DNA of 64,000 nucleotides from Parcubacteria bacterium C7867-007 (GCA_001189195.1 LFCQ01000006.1:56841-120840), one strand, 5' to 3'. Numbered from the stretch's first letter, positions 9,218-18,255 are shown. Program-made: numbers and translations. Notes: generated from the letters alone by a model not told the origin.

Positions 9218-9291
9218 TGCGGGATCGTCTAATGGTAGGACTACGGTTTCTGGTACCGTCTATCTAGGTTCGAGTCCTAGTCCCGCAGCCA
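9218..9291 (+). tRNA. tRNA-Gln(CTG)
   Basis: TGCGGGA/TCCCGCA-G-CCA; anticodon arm ACGGT-TTCTGGT-ACCGT; T-arm CTAGG-TTCGAGT-CCTAG. Confidence 0.95.
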
Positions 9292-9314
9292 GTGTTTAGT
9301 GCTACTCTTACAGC

Positions 9315-10085
9315 ATGGAAATTGATCAGCACAAGAATAAGTTCGGGAGCCAGGCTGAGAACTATACAAAATATCGACGACCATACATGAGTGAAGTGTA
9401 TGATCTTCTTTTCTCATTAGTACCAGAAGACAGTAAAAGGATTCTCGATATCGCATGCGGTACCGGTAAATCAACTGAGCCACTATTACGCTCGGGCCTT
9501 GCAGTTGATGGGGTCGATATTGATCCGTTGATGATCGACGAAGCAAAGGGTCAGGCTAAGGTAAAGAATTTAGATATTACGTATGCGGTTTCAGAAGTTG
9601 AGCACCTTCCATATGAAGACGGAAGCTTTGACGTGGTAACGGTTGGCACCGCATTCCACTGGTTTGTAAACGAGACGGCAATGAATGAGATAAAACGAGT
9701 ATTGAAAAAGGACGGTCTGCTGTTCGTGTACTGGACTCTCACCACCAAGGATGTACCAGAAGAGGATGCGATACCTGCTGCAATCTTTAGGGAATTTAAT
9801 TGGGAGAAAGTTCCATCGGAATTACGTGATCTTGAATACATATCATCTTTTTTCAAGGAACAAGACATGCAGAATGTTTCCACTGAACGCCTCCCATTTA
9901 CGCACAATGATTCAGTAGAAGACCAGGTCGGACTTATGAAGACTGCCTCAAGCTATGAGGTATTGCCCGAGGAAGACAAAGAACGCTTCATAGCAGCAAT
10001 TCAGGCAGCTCTTACTGAACAGTTGGGAAGTCGTCCCTATTTTATCTATGAGGAAGAAATACAGGTTTGCTACGGGTACAGGTAG
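9315..10085 (+). CDS. Class I SAM-dependent methyltransferase
   Basis: Y.KYRRPY, ILDIACGTG, FDVVTVGTAFHWF. Confidence 0.92.
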   Translation: MEIDQHKNKFGSQAENYTKYRRPYMSEVYDLLFSLVPEDSKRILDIACGTGKSTEPLLRSGLAVDGVDIDPLMIDEAKGQAKVKNLDITYAVSEVEHLPYEDGSFDVVTVGTAFHWFVNETAMNEIKRVLKKDGLLFVYWTLTTKDVPEEDAIPAAIFREFNWEKVPSELRDLEYISSFFKEQDMQNVSTERLPFTHNDSVEDQVGLMKTASSYEVLPEEDKERFIAAIQAALTEQLGSRPYFIYEEEIQVCYGYR

Positions 10086-10092
10086 ATAAAAA

Positions 10093-10121
10093 GATCCCCA
10101 CGTCGTACCAAACCCCACAGC
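10093..10121 (+). repeat. Cassette junction repeat 1
   Basis: GATCCCCACGTCGTACCAAACCCCACAGC. Confidence 0.85.
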
Positions 10122-10201
10122 TCGCTAACTATAGTCATCACATTTAAATAAAAAGAAGCCGCCCGGAGCGTGGCGGAGATACTCCGGACGCTTCCAAGCG
10201 G

Positions 10202-10462
10202 CTAATCAAAATCATTCTTCAGCCACCCATCTTGTTCGCTGAGGAATTCGAATTCTTCCACACCGACTCCGATGGTGACCTCAATGTGTGGGTTTTCTTC
10301 ATCAAATTCAAGGTGGTGTGCAATGGCCTCAACCAGCCACCCAATGATGCCCTTGAGAAAGATCGTATCTCCTACCCGAGGCAGAACGGGCCACGAGTAG
10401 TCTTTGGTGAGATAGCGATCCGAACCCTCAGGATCCGGAACAACGAGAACGAATTTAATCAT
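10202..10462 (-). CDS. Hypothetical protein (cassette gene)
   Basis: 86 aa with P.LPRVGD.I motif; own promoter, SD and terminator. Confidence 0.7.
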   Translation of the reverse strand: MIKFVLVVPDPEGSDRYLTKDYSWPVLPRVGDTIFLKGIIGWLVEAIAHHLEFDEENPHIEVTIGVGVEEFEFLSEQDGWLKNDFD

Positions 10463-10541
10463 GGGTCAGACCCTTTGTTTCCTAAATAATTTATACACTA
10501 TTTAAACTAATAAGTCAAATACAGCCTAGATACTTGATTTT

Positions 10542-10569
10542 GGTTCGAATATCGTCCTAGACTGCCAGC
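10542..10569 (+). repeat. Cassette junction repeat 2 (closest to the tRNA-Gln 3' end)
   Basis: GGTTCGAATATCGTCCTAGACTGCCAGC vs tRNA GGTTCGA-----GTCCTAGTCCCGCAGC. Confidence 0.75.
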
Positions 10570-10620
10570 TCGTATTTTTCATACCTTTATGTTTAGATTC
10601 CTTTAGAAAGGAACCATACG

Positions 10621-10788
10621 ATGCACACACCTCCCGAGTTTGACGAAGCTATGGTTGAGGCACCAAAGCCGGAAAAGTCGCCGGAGCCCGGGTCTGACGA
10701 ATATTACGCAGTGCTCGGAAGAGAGATCGACAAGGGCCCGATCGGTGTTCCTCACCACCGAGGTCCGTTATCGGGCCCAATAGATTGA
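10621..10788 (+). CDS. Small hypothetical protein, 55 aa (MHTPPEFDEAMVEAPKPEK...GPID)
   Basis: Read by hand, below the ORF-track cutoff; AAAGGA SD upstream and terminator right after. Confidence 0.55.
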   Translation: MHTPPEFDEAMVEAPKPEKSPEPGSDEYYAVLGREIDKGPIGVPHHRGPLSGPID

Positions 10789-10839
10789 ACTAGGAGCCGC
10801 CAGTACCGAAAGGGAACGGCGGCTCTGCTACTTAAGCAA

Positions 10840-10866
10840 GGTTCCCACGTCGTACCAACCCCCAGC
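10840..10866 (+). repeat. Cassette junction repeat 3
   Basis: GGTTCCCACGTCGTACCAACCCCCAGC. Confidence 0.9.
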
Positions 10867-10891
10867 ACGTCATCTGTGTCATAATCTTTTA

Positions 10892-11398
10892 ATGCGTGTA
10901 ACCATTCTCGGACTTCCTGGAAGCGGCAAGTCCACTTTGGCTCGAAAGATTTCAGAAAAGCTAAATATTCCATATATACATATAGATCGTTTCTGGCTTG
11001 AAGCGGGAGGTGGGCACAATAGCAAAACTACACCTGATCCTGAAAAGGCACATGCAAATGTACGAGAGAAAGTCCTTGAAGCGATACAAGCTGAGTCGTG
11101 GGTATCAGATGGGGTATATCGCCTTGTACAGCCAGAGATAGCAAATAGGGCAGATGCAGTTGTATTTCTTGATATTCCGCTTTGGGAACGATTACTTAAT
11201 CACGCGGCCCGCACCATACACAGAAAGAGTCGACATGATGAGATGACTTTCTGGGGCGATATGAGTTTCTTTCTTGAAATAGTAAGTCGTGATTTACGGA
11301 AGAAAGGGAAAATACAGAGTCTGGTTGAAAGCTATAAGTCTAAGGCAATCATTCTGAAATCCCGTAAGGCGATAGCAAACTACCTTGGAACTCTTTGA
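10892..11398 (+). CDS. Adenylate-kinase-like P-loop protein (FlaR/topology modulation family)
   Basis: ILGLPGSGKSTLA, HID..W, WV.DG.Y, AD.VVFLD. Confidence 0.85.
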   Translation: MRVTILGLPGSGKSTLARKISEKLNIPYIHIDRFWLEAGGGHNSKTTPDPEKAHANVREKVLEAIQAESWVSDGVYRLVQPEIANRADAVVFLDIPLWERLLNHAARTIHRKSRHDEMTFWGDMSFFLEIVSRDLRKKGKIQSLVESYKSKAIILKSRKAIANYLGTL

Positions 11399-11402
11399 TT
11401 AG

Positions 11403-11430
11403 GGTTCCCACGTCGTGCCAAACCCCCAGC
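11403..11430 (+). repeat. Cassette junction repeat 4
   Basis: GGTTCCCACGTCGTGCCAAACCCCCAGC. Confidence 0.9.
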
Positions 11431-11507
11431 ACTTGACTTTTAATGCATTTAGTGCTATTAATAATACAGATCAATCGGCTCGTTGAGCCCACTACTGGAG
11501 ACTTCAA

Positions 11508-11804
11508 ATGAATCCTCGAAATACAACGCTTCTTGCGCTCTCGGCAGTTGCAGCGGCGGTGTTTGCTCTGGTCCCGATCATCGGCATCATGTACAACGGA
11601 GCTACGGCCCAGCTTCTCGAGATGTTCGGTGAAGCTATGGGCTGGGAGTGGCTCGATCACCGCCATCCACACAGCCTTGCCGTCGCTTGGGTGATCTTCA
11701 CCCTGATCTTCTTCTTCGCCCTCAAGCTGTGGTTGAAGTTCGGGAAGCGAGAAGACCCTCTCGTTCGCCTCTTTCGGGAGGCAGGCGGGGAAAAGCGTCA
11801 GTAG
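11508..11804 (+). CDS. Hypothetical 2-TM protein (cassette gene)
   Basis: TTGACT promoter at 11433, GGAG SD, terminator about 11853-11881. Confidence 0.7.
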   Translation: MNPRNTTLLALSAVAAAVFALVPIIGIMYNGATAQLLEMFGEAMGWEWLDHRHPHSLAVAWVIFTLIFFFALKLWLKFGKREDPLVRLFREAGGEKRQ

Positions 11805-11892
11805 CGCGAATCCACCAGCTAGCATCAAACGGCTCACCCAATATGCCGAAATGGGAGCCCCGCACCAGTATGCGGGGTTTTACATACATCAG

Positions 11893-11920
11893 TGCTCGAG
11901 TATCGTACCAAACCCCCAGC
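11893..11920 (+). repeat. Cassette junction repeat 5
   Basis: TGCTCGAGTATCGTACCAAACCCCCAGC. Confidence 0.85.
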
Positions 11921-11996
11921 AATTGACTTTTATATAATATCGTGTTATTTAAATAGAACCAGTTCTTTGCGTATCAAAAAGAGAAGGAAATAGACC

Positions 11997-12791
11997 ATGT
12001 CAAAAGACATGCTCGGCCCGCTTCCGCGGGCTCTCGTTCAGGTGCCGAACAGGCATCACGGTCTCGTACTGGACATTCTCCACAAGCTCGCAGGTGGGCA
12101 GGGGGATTCCGTGCGAAGTAATCTGAGTGCGGCACTTCGGGCACCATCTGAACCTGTGCGGCAGCAAGCTCCGCCGGTCGTACCTATTACGGATGTACCT
12201 GCGGAGTATCGAGCGTTTTTCGAAGCTCTGCCGCCGCTGGATCGTCAGTGGGTGCTCGAGAATCCCCGTACTGCCGTTCCGCTATTCGCACGAGCTGTTG
12301 CTACGGCGCATATCGAGAGCTATCCCTTGGTGCTTGTCGGGACCGCCGACTTTGCTGAAATCAGTGAATTCCGTCCTGCTGAGAAATATCAGCCAGGACA
12401 GCAAATCGACGGCATTCTAATATCACCGCAAATGCATAAGAGCTTCAAGGAGCTTTGCCAGACGGTTGAGCACAACACGCCTGCTGCGACACTGAGATTC
12501 CATTCCTCAAATACCAAGGCCAAAGCATCCAGAATTCTGAGTAGCTTCGGCGACAAGGCAGACACCACGCTCGGCCAGCTCTGGGAATTGATCCAACGGG
12601 AAGAGAAGGATGATCTCCTTCAGGCCAGCCTGCACACGACCATCTACATGTGTTTCCGTAAGGCCGACGGCAACCGTTGTTACGTCTCTGCTTCGTACGC
12701 ACCAGACGGCTGGTACTTCCGGGTGAGGTTTGGTGAGACTGGCTACCATGGGAGGCCCCCGAATAAGGTCGACCGCTTTATCACTCACTGA
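11997..12791 (+). CDS. Hypothetical protein (cassette gene)
   Basis: 264-aa ORF; TTGACT promoter, AAGGA SD, terminator 12796-12829. Confidence 0.75.
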   Translation: MSKDMLGPLPRALVQVPNRHHGLVLDILHKLAGGQGDSVRSNLSAALRAPSEPVRQQAPPVVPITDVPAEYRAFFEALPPLDRQWVLENPRTAVPLFARAVATAHIESYPLVLVGTADFAEISEFRPAEKYQPGQQIDGILISPQMHKSFKELCQTVEHNTPAATLRFHSSNTKAKASRILSSFGDKADTTLGQLWELIQREEKDDLLQASLHTTIYMCFRKADGNRCYVSASYAPDGWYFRVRFGETGYHGRPPNKVDRFITH

Positions 12792-12843
12792 ACAAGGAGC
12801 CGCCTGTTTCCGAAAGGGAACGGCGGCTCTTCTACTTAATATA

Positions 12844-12871
12844 GGTTCCCACGTCGTACCACACCCCCAGC
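12844..12871 (+). repeat. Cassette junction repeat 6
   Basis: GGTTCCCACGTCGTACCACACCCCCAGC. Confidence 0.9.
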
Positions 12872-12948
12872 TCGCAAACTATAGTCATCGTAGGTAAAAA
12901 GAAACCGCCCGAACCGTAAGGAACGGGCAGTTCCTTTGGTTCGGGCAG

Positions 12949-13359
12949 TCATGGTGCCGGATCGGCAAGTGCCTTAGGTACCCCATACATGTTCCACTTG
13001 TCGTCGAAGCGGATGGCGAGGTTCGTCGTCTGTTCGGGATACGCTCTGTGGACGGACCACTTCAGCATCTCGAACAGTATCGGGGTCATCACGTGATTTC
13101 GGAAGTGAGCGAAATTCACGTATGGGTTGATCCCCATGGGCATGTCGTTCGCTTCGTGCATCCCCTCATGTTCAGTCTTCACCTGATCGTAGAGGATAGC
13201 GATCGCTTTCTGTTCAGTCGTCGCCACGCCGATCAGGACGGAGTTCGGCTGACGCTCCAGCAGACGCTTCGGGGGCGGACCCAGTATGTGCCTAGAGGAC
13301 ATGAGCCCCGATAGGCGCTCATGCATCTCTGCAGTGATTAGTTGCATATCTTCTGCCAA
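12949..13359 (-). CDS. Hypothetical protein (cassette gene)
   Basis: 136 aa, GGGAG SD before a TTG start, reverse terminator about 12896-12932. Confidence 0.7.
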   Translation of the reverse strand: MAEDMQLITAEMHERLSGLMSSRHILGPPPKRLLERQPNSVLIGVATTEQKAIAILYDQVKTEHEGMHEANDMPMGINPYVNFAHFRNHVMTPILFEMLKWSVHRAYPEQTTNLAIRFDDKWNMYGVPKALADPAP

Positions 13360-13444
13360 CGTACTCTCCCTAATTCAAATTCAACCTAAGTGTATTTTAA
13401 CATCTATTGTATAAAAATCAAATATGGCCTAGACACTCGATTTC

Positions 13445-13471
13445 GGTTCGAATATCGTACCACACCCCACC
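13445..13471 (+). repeat. Cassette junction repeat 7
   Basis: GGTTCGAATATCGTACCACACCCCACC. Confidence 0.85.
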
Positions 13472-13499
13472 TCGTCATCGTAGCTGTATAATTTAGGAT

Positions 13500-13865
13500 A
13501 TGAACAAAACATCTAAACTTATTCTCGTCGCAGTAATTGGAATAATCGTTGGTGCCGGAGGTACTTTGGCTCTATCACCAAAGAATAATACTCAACCTGA
13601 AATGATTTCTCATGGAAACATGAATATGCAGGGAGAAATGGGGAGAATGGCTCAGGTCCTCGAAGGGAAGACCGGTGATACGTTCGACCAAGCATTTTTA
13701 AGCGAGATGATCGTACATCACCAGGGCGCTGTTCAGATGGCTCAAGCTGCACTTCAGAACGCAAAGCATCAGGAGATTAAAGATCTCGCTACAAAGATTA
13801 TCTCGGCACAAGAGTCAGAGATTATCGAAATGCAGGGTTGGCAGAAGAGCTGGTACGGACAGTAG
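13500..13865 (+). CDS. DUF305 (CopM-like) protein
   Basis: FD.AFL.EMI.HHQGAV.MA...I...Q..EI..M..W. Confidence 0.9.
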   Translation: MNKTSKLILVAVIGIIVGAGGTLALSPKNNTQPEMISHGNMNMQGEMGRMAQVLEGKTGDTFDQAFLSEMIVHHQGAVQMAQAALQNAKHQEIKDLATKIISAQESEIIEMQGWQKSWYGQ

Positions 13866-13930
13866 GAGAGATTCCCAAGGGTAAGGCCGTCTCAAATGAG
13901 ACGGCCCACGTACGCTTTGGTTTGTACTTG

Positions 13931-14458
13931 CTACTCGATACGGATTGGTCGAACAATAGGTATTCGAATCCGTAGCATATTCTCTGCACGTGCACCGAAC
14001 TGAGTTCGAAGTCCACTCACGCCATCGGTGAAATACTTAGCATACACATTCACGGCATTGAAGTTGAGTGCATATGCCCACACCACAAAGGTGAGATGGC
14101 TTTCAATCCGATCGTTGCTTTCCTTCGTCCACGTCAGGAGTGCCTGCATGCATTCCTGTATGAGACGTGGAGCAAGTCCTTTGCCTTGGTGTGCGGGAAG
14201 GATGCCGATCTGATCCAGCTCTATAACTGGTTCAGCACGGTGGAATCCTCCATGCAGTTGCCAACCTGCGTATCCCACCACCACGTCATCTTCTTCAACC
14301 ACAAAGTACTGGTAGAGGGGGAATGCATTGAACCAGCACGTAGCCCATCGCTGGGCTCCATCAAACTGGTCACGATCTCCCAGGAAGACGCTTCCGTTGA
14401 TGAGGCCAATGGCCTCGAGGTCCCGTTCTTCGGCACGCCGAATATTGATGGTGCTCAT
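13931..14458 (-). CDS. GNAT-family N-acetyltransferase
   Basis: IRRA...DL, VVGYA, HQGKGLA motif A. Confidence 0.85.
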   Translation of the reverse strand: MSTINIRRAEERDLEAIGLINGSVFLGDRDQFDGAQRWATCWFNAFPLYQYFVVEEDDVVVGYAGWQLHGGFHRAEPVIELDQIGILPAHQGKGLAPRLIQECMQALLTWTKESNDRIESHLTFVVWAYALNFNAVNVYAKYFTDGVSGLRTQFGARAENMLRIRIPIVRPIRIE

Positions 14459-14581
14459 GATTCTTCTCCCTGCTTCTATTCTCTAGAACCGCACATACAC
14501 CTTTTGGTTACTATAAATAAAAAACCGCCCCCTCGCGCCAACGAAGGGGTTAGGCTTCGTTGCAACAAAGTGACGGATACG

Positions 14582-14911
14582 CTATCTCATTGCTGAGGGC
14601 ACCAAGGACACAAGGTCCTGGGCGGTCATGCCCAGAGCGTTGGCGAGGTTGAGTGTGTTGACCAACATCTTCGTAGTCGCCATGCGCAGAGCTTCTGGAT
14701 CAAGCTCGCCGCCGTGGTCGTAGTTCTCAGCCTGCGCAGCAATTATGCCTCCGGTCTTGGCTATGTGCGCACTGCTGTGCCGTACAGCGAAGGCCAATGT
14801 CTTTTCAGGTGTGCTGAGATCCCCATTTGGGTACTTCTCTTGGGTGAAGGGGAATCCATCCCCGATCACCTGCATCAACGAAGTGAGATCGGTAGTTGGT
14901 GTCATGGTCAT
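14582..14911 (-). CDS. Hypothetical protein
   Basis: 109-aa helical ORF with AGGAG SD. Confidence 0.7.
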   Translation of the reverse strand: MTMTPTTDLTSLMQVIGDGFPFTQEKYPNGDLSTPEKTLAFAVRHSSAHIAKTGGIIAAQAENYDHGGELDPEALRMATTKMLVNTLNLANALGMTAQDLVSLVPSAMR

Positions 14912-15040
14912 GGAACGCTCCTTGTCTGGATGGAAGGTACCACAAAACTATCTAAGCCTCCAACATAGATAAACAGGGATGATGGTGTCGTCTCTGTGCA
15001 TGTATTCGCACATGCATTGCGGAGGATATACACTAACACT

Positions 15041-15430
15041 ATGCCTGCAGAACTGCGTAAAGCGCTTACTCTAAATCCTAGAGCAAAAGTGAAGTGGGAT
15101 CTCCTTACCCCAATTAGCAAAAGAGACTTCATCACCTGGATAGAGTCTGCAAAACAGGATGCTACTCGTGTTCGTAGAGTGAGCAAGGCAGTGGACATAC
15201 TTATAAAAGGAAAGCGTCGTCCTTGTTGTTATGCAGTGGTGCCGATGAATCTGTACAAGACTCTTAATGAGCTCCCAAAAGCAAAGGCACAATGGAAAGA
15301 TCTCACTCCCGATGAGAAACGAGACTTTGTTGCCTGGATAGACTCTGGAAAGGACGCAGGGGTACGTGCACAGCGTATTGAGAAAACAAGCATTCTGCTC
15401 CTTAAAGGGAAACGACGAGCATCTATATAA
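15041..15430 (+). CDS. YdeI/OmpD-associated family protein (two repeats)
   Basis: Two copies of W..LTP..KRDF..WI.S.K...R..R. Confidence 0.85.
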   Translation: MPAELRKALTLNPRAKVKWDLLTPISKRDFITWIESAKQDATRVRRVSKAVDILIKGKRRPCCYAVVPMNLYKTLNELPKAKAQWKDLTPDEKRDFVAWIDSGKDAGVRAQRIEKTSILLLKGKRRASI

Positions 15431-15491
15431 AAGAAATCGCCTGGCGTGTGAGGATGCAATCCTCACACGCCAGGCGATCAGTCCCAACTCC

Positions 15492-16187
15492 CTATTTCGG
15501 AGTACAGATGTGGATGTAGTCTCCATAGCCGGAATCGTGATCCGGCCAGGGTTGAATGGTGATCACACTGCCGAAGTGGCGTTGAAGCGGCTCAAGCCGT
15601 TGCTTGAGTGATGTCTTGAACTCTTCCTTCAGGACATCGTTGTACAGGATATCTATCGTCCACTTGATGACTTGATCGGTGGCGCCATTCCTGATGGCTT
15701 CAAGCAGATACTCGTACCCCAGCCTGCTAGCAGCGAGCCTCCGTTCAGTTTCCGTGTTGAAGTCTTCGACGTAGCAGTCGGAGATCACCACCACGCCACC
15801 CGGCTTAACCATGCTGGCGATATTGGCGATTGCCGCTTCCTGTTGCGCATACGGTACATGATGCAGAGAGCCCGTGCAGACCACGGTGTCGAAGAGTCTC
15901 CGGGGTTGCCAGTTGAGTACGTCACCGACGAAAAACTCAACTCCCAGATACCGATCTCTTCCGAAACGGACGTATCGCTTGTCCAGATCCATGCCTGTCA
16001 ACCACAGATCCGAACGACCCTCCTGGAGCTTTCCAAGCAGATAGCCGGGTCCGCACATAATATCGAGTACGCTTCCGTTCAAGGGAGTACGTTCCAAGAC
16101 CTTCGCGGTGACAAGTTCTAGCGAGAGCCTATAGGGCCAATACCCAAGACTTTCTTCGTACAGTTCGGCTTCTGGTAGGGGATTCAT
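15492..16187 (-). CDS. Class I SAM-dependent methyltransferase
   Basis: VLDIMCGPG, FD.VV..G.LHH, KPGG; start MNPLP after GAGGAGG SD. Confidence 0.85.
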   Translation of the reverse strand: MNPLPEAELYEESLGYWPYRLSLELVTAKVLERTPLNGSVLDIMCGPGYLLGKLQEGRSDLWLTGMDLDKRYVRFGRDRYLGVEFFVGDVLNWQPRRLFDTVVCTGSLHHVPYAQQEAAIANIASMVKPGGVVVISDCYVEDFNTETERRLAASRLGYEYLLEAIRNGATDQVIKWTIDILYNDVLKEEFKTSLKQRLEPLQRHFGSVITIQPWPDHDSGYGDYIHICTPK

Positions 16188-16294
16188 TTGGGGACCCTCC
16201 TCAGGTCTTACTATGAATGACAAATAACGTTCGAGTGCAGAATACCACTTATTTCAGATATATCCAGATTATTAAGAATTGCTATAGTTTCACT

Positions 16295-16723
16295 ATGAAG
16301 CAGCAGGATTTCACAAAGCGACTCACCATAGTAGTTCGTACGGATATTGAGTCATGGCAGGGAGCAAATACTATTGCCCACATTGCGGGATATGTAGGAA
16401 ATAAGTTAGGAGAAGCTTTTGATACAGGAACGTATTTCATCACCGCAGATGGTGTGGAGCTTCCAAGAAATTCTCAGTATCCAATGATAATTAAAGCTGC
16501 TCAATGCGCTACAGATATACGGGATGCGTATGACATTATTCGTACTCACGATCTAATACACATCGGATTCATACGGGAAATGATAGAAACTAGTGATGAT
16601 TCTGAAATAGAAACCATCCTTAAGGATAAGAAGCATAAAGATATTGAGTTGCTAGGTTTCGGGGTCTTTGGAGAGAATGAGACCGTGAAAGAACTTACCA
16701 AACAATTTACGCTTTGGAAGTAG
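16295..16723 (+). CDS. DUF2000-family protein
   Basis: IVVR.D...WQ..N..AH; E.LG.GVFG....V..LT..F.LW. Confidence 0.7.
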   Translation: MKQQDFTKRLTIVVRTDIESWQGANTIAHIAGYVGNKLGEAFDTGTYFITADGVELPRNSQYPMIIKAAQCATDIRDAYDIIRTHDLIHIGFIREMIETSDDSEIETILKDKKHKDIELLGFGVFGENETVKELTKQFTLWK

Positions 16724-16760
16724 TTGTTCAATTTTCCTAAAATCAAGCTATAGTGCATCT

Positions 16761-17378
16761 ATGATAAAGGCAGTCATATTTGATTCAGACGGGATGCTCT
16801 CGCACGGCCCAAGGTTTAGCGATACGTATGCGAGAGAACAGAATATTCCTATTGAGGAAATGATCCCTTTCTTCACAGGCCCTTTCAAAGACTGTCTTAT
16901 CGGAAAAGCAGACCTAAAAGACGAGCTTGAAAAGGGAGACTGGCTCCAAAAGTGGGGTTGATCAGACTCCGTTGATGCGTTTCTTGCATACTGGTTTTCG
17001 GTCGGGGACCAACTAGATGAGAAGGTGTTTGCTTCCATTCAAGAACTCCGTAGTGCGGGGGTTATGGTGGTGCTTGCAACGAATCAAGAGAAATACCGCA
17101 CCGCATATCTTTCTGAGAAGTTTAATTACGAATCTGCGTTCAACAGAATATTCTCTTCGGCACATACCGGACACAAGAAACCAAGTGCGGAATTCTTTCA
17201 GAAGATTCTTGAATATCTCCAAGAGCAAGATGCTTCAATCACTAAGGACAATATTCTCTTTTGGGATGATGATATAGAAAATGTAGAGGGAGCTGCTATG
17301 TTCGGTATTGTGTCTGAGCAGTTTCTAGATGAAAAGGGGTATCGAACCAAAATGGCTGAGTACGGAATACTTAATTAG
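16761..17378 (+). pseudogene. HAD-family hydrolase interrupted by an in-frame TGA at 16959-16961
   Basis: IKAVIFDSDG motif I, then the same frame continues to ATNQ, KP, FWDD..ENV motifs. Confidence 0.75.
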
Positions 17379-17911
17379 GTTTTAAATTTGAATAGAGGTT
17401 TCTTAAGAAGGTACATAACTAGAATCGCACTGACTATTCCAACAACACCCCCTGCAATCATATCGGAAGGGTAGTGAACGCCTGCAGCAACTCGGGCTGC
17501 ACAAACGAGGACCGTACAGATATAGAACACAATACCGAGGGTTCGGTTATAGAAAAAGACTATGGTTGAAAATCCAAACAGGAACGATGCGTGTCCTGAT
17601 GGGAAGGAGGGTGCTTCGATAATAAAGAGATGCGTTATATCCATTGCTGCTAAAGGGCGGTCCCGAGGAAAGAAGAATCGTATGGGACTCGTAACAGCAA
17701 AGCGAGCAATACTGCCAGCAAGTAGTGCAAGTAAAAAGGCGACTATCTTCGATCGATGTGAAAGTTCCTTTTTATATACAAGATAGAGTGCAAACCACCC
17801 CACCAGAATAAAGGGAAGGTATGTAGCAAAGAAGACAATAACAGCATCAGATACCGGACCTTGCCCAGCAAAGGAGTTTAATACATTGAACACATATAGA
17901 TCCAAAGACAT
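17375..17911 (-). CDS. PAP2-family phosphatase (BcrC-like)
   Basis: R.RP, SFPSGH, ARV.AGVHYPSD. Confidence 0.92.
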   Translation of the reverse strand: MSLDLYVFNVLNSFAGQGPVSDAVIVFFATYLPFILVGWFALYLVYKKELSHRSKIVAFLLALLAGSIARFAVTSPIRFFFPRDRPLAAMDITHLFIIEAPSFPSGHASFLFGFSTIVFFYNRTLGIVFYICTVLVCAARVAAGVHYPSDMIAGGVVGIVSAILVMYLLKKPLFKFKT

Positions 17912-17984
17912 AAATGCAGCGTACTACAGATTTGTGTATGAGTATGCCTGTATAACAAAACACCCCGCTGTGCGGGGTGTTTTG

Positions 17985-18200
17985 TTATGAGTGTGCCGGT
18001 ACCGGTTTACGAACGCTTGTGGCGTACGGCCCTTTCAGGCTCTTCGTAACGAGGAAGGCGAGCTTGTCACCGATGCGTAGATCCGTGAAGGAAACATCAA
18101 TGAGATCGCTTGCGTCGAAGAATAGTTCTTCGTCTGAGCCCTCCTGCTTTATGAAGCCAGAACTCCGTTCACTGAAACTTGAAATGGTTCCTGTGCGCAT
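17985..18200 (-). CDS. Cold-shock domain protein
   Basis: MRTGTI...GFI...ELFF...KGP.A..V. Confidence 0.8.
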   Translation of the reverse strand: MRTGTISSFSERSSGFIKQEGSDEELFFDASDLIDVSFTDLRIGDKLAFLVTKSLKGPYATSVRKPVPAHS

Positions 18201-18255
18201 GAGATGAGCATTACACTGATAAGAGAATAAAAAGCGTCCATGAGGACGCTTTTTA

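Larger units (their letters stand above)
9274..13870. mobile_element. tRNA-Gln-anchored array of single-gene cassettes separated by ~28-bp direct repeats
   Basis: Seven repeat copies, each between single unrelated ORFs; right half of the repeat resembles the tRNA-Gln 3' end; no recombinase in the window. Confidence 0.65.

Noticed and set aside
10093-13471. The 28-bp direct repeats as a CRISPR array or classical integron attC sites
   Set aside because: Intervals are 0.3-0.95 kb and contain whole genes; no cas or intI gene; no GTTRRRY/RYYYAAC hairpin layout.
13869-13916. Further cassette repeat after the DUF305 gene (GATTCCCAAG; CCCACGTACG)
   Set aside because: Only partial half-matches overlapping a terminator hairpin; too weak without a PWM scan.
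16959-16961. UGA recoding (code 4 or 25) or selenocysteine
   Set aside because: A single case; TGA ends other genes here, RF2 is encoded, and the position is not catalytic.
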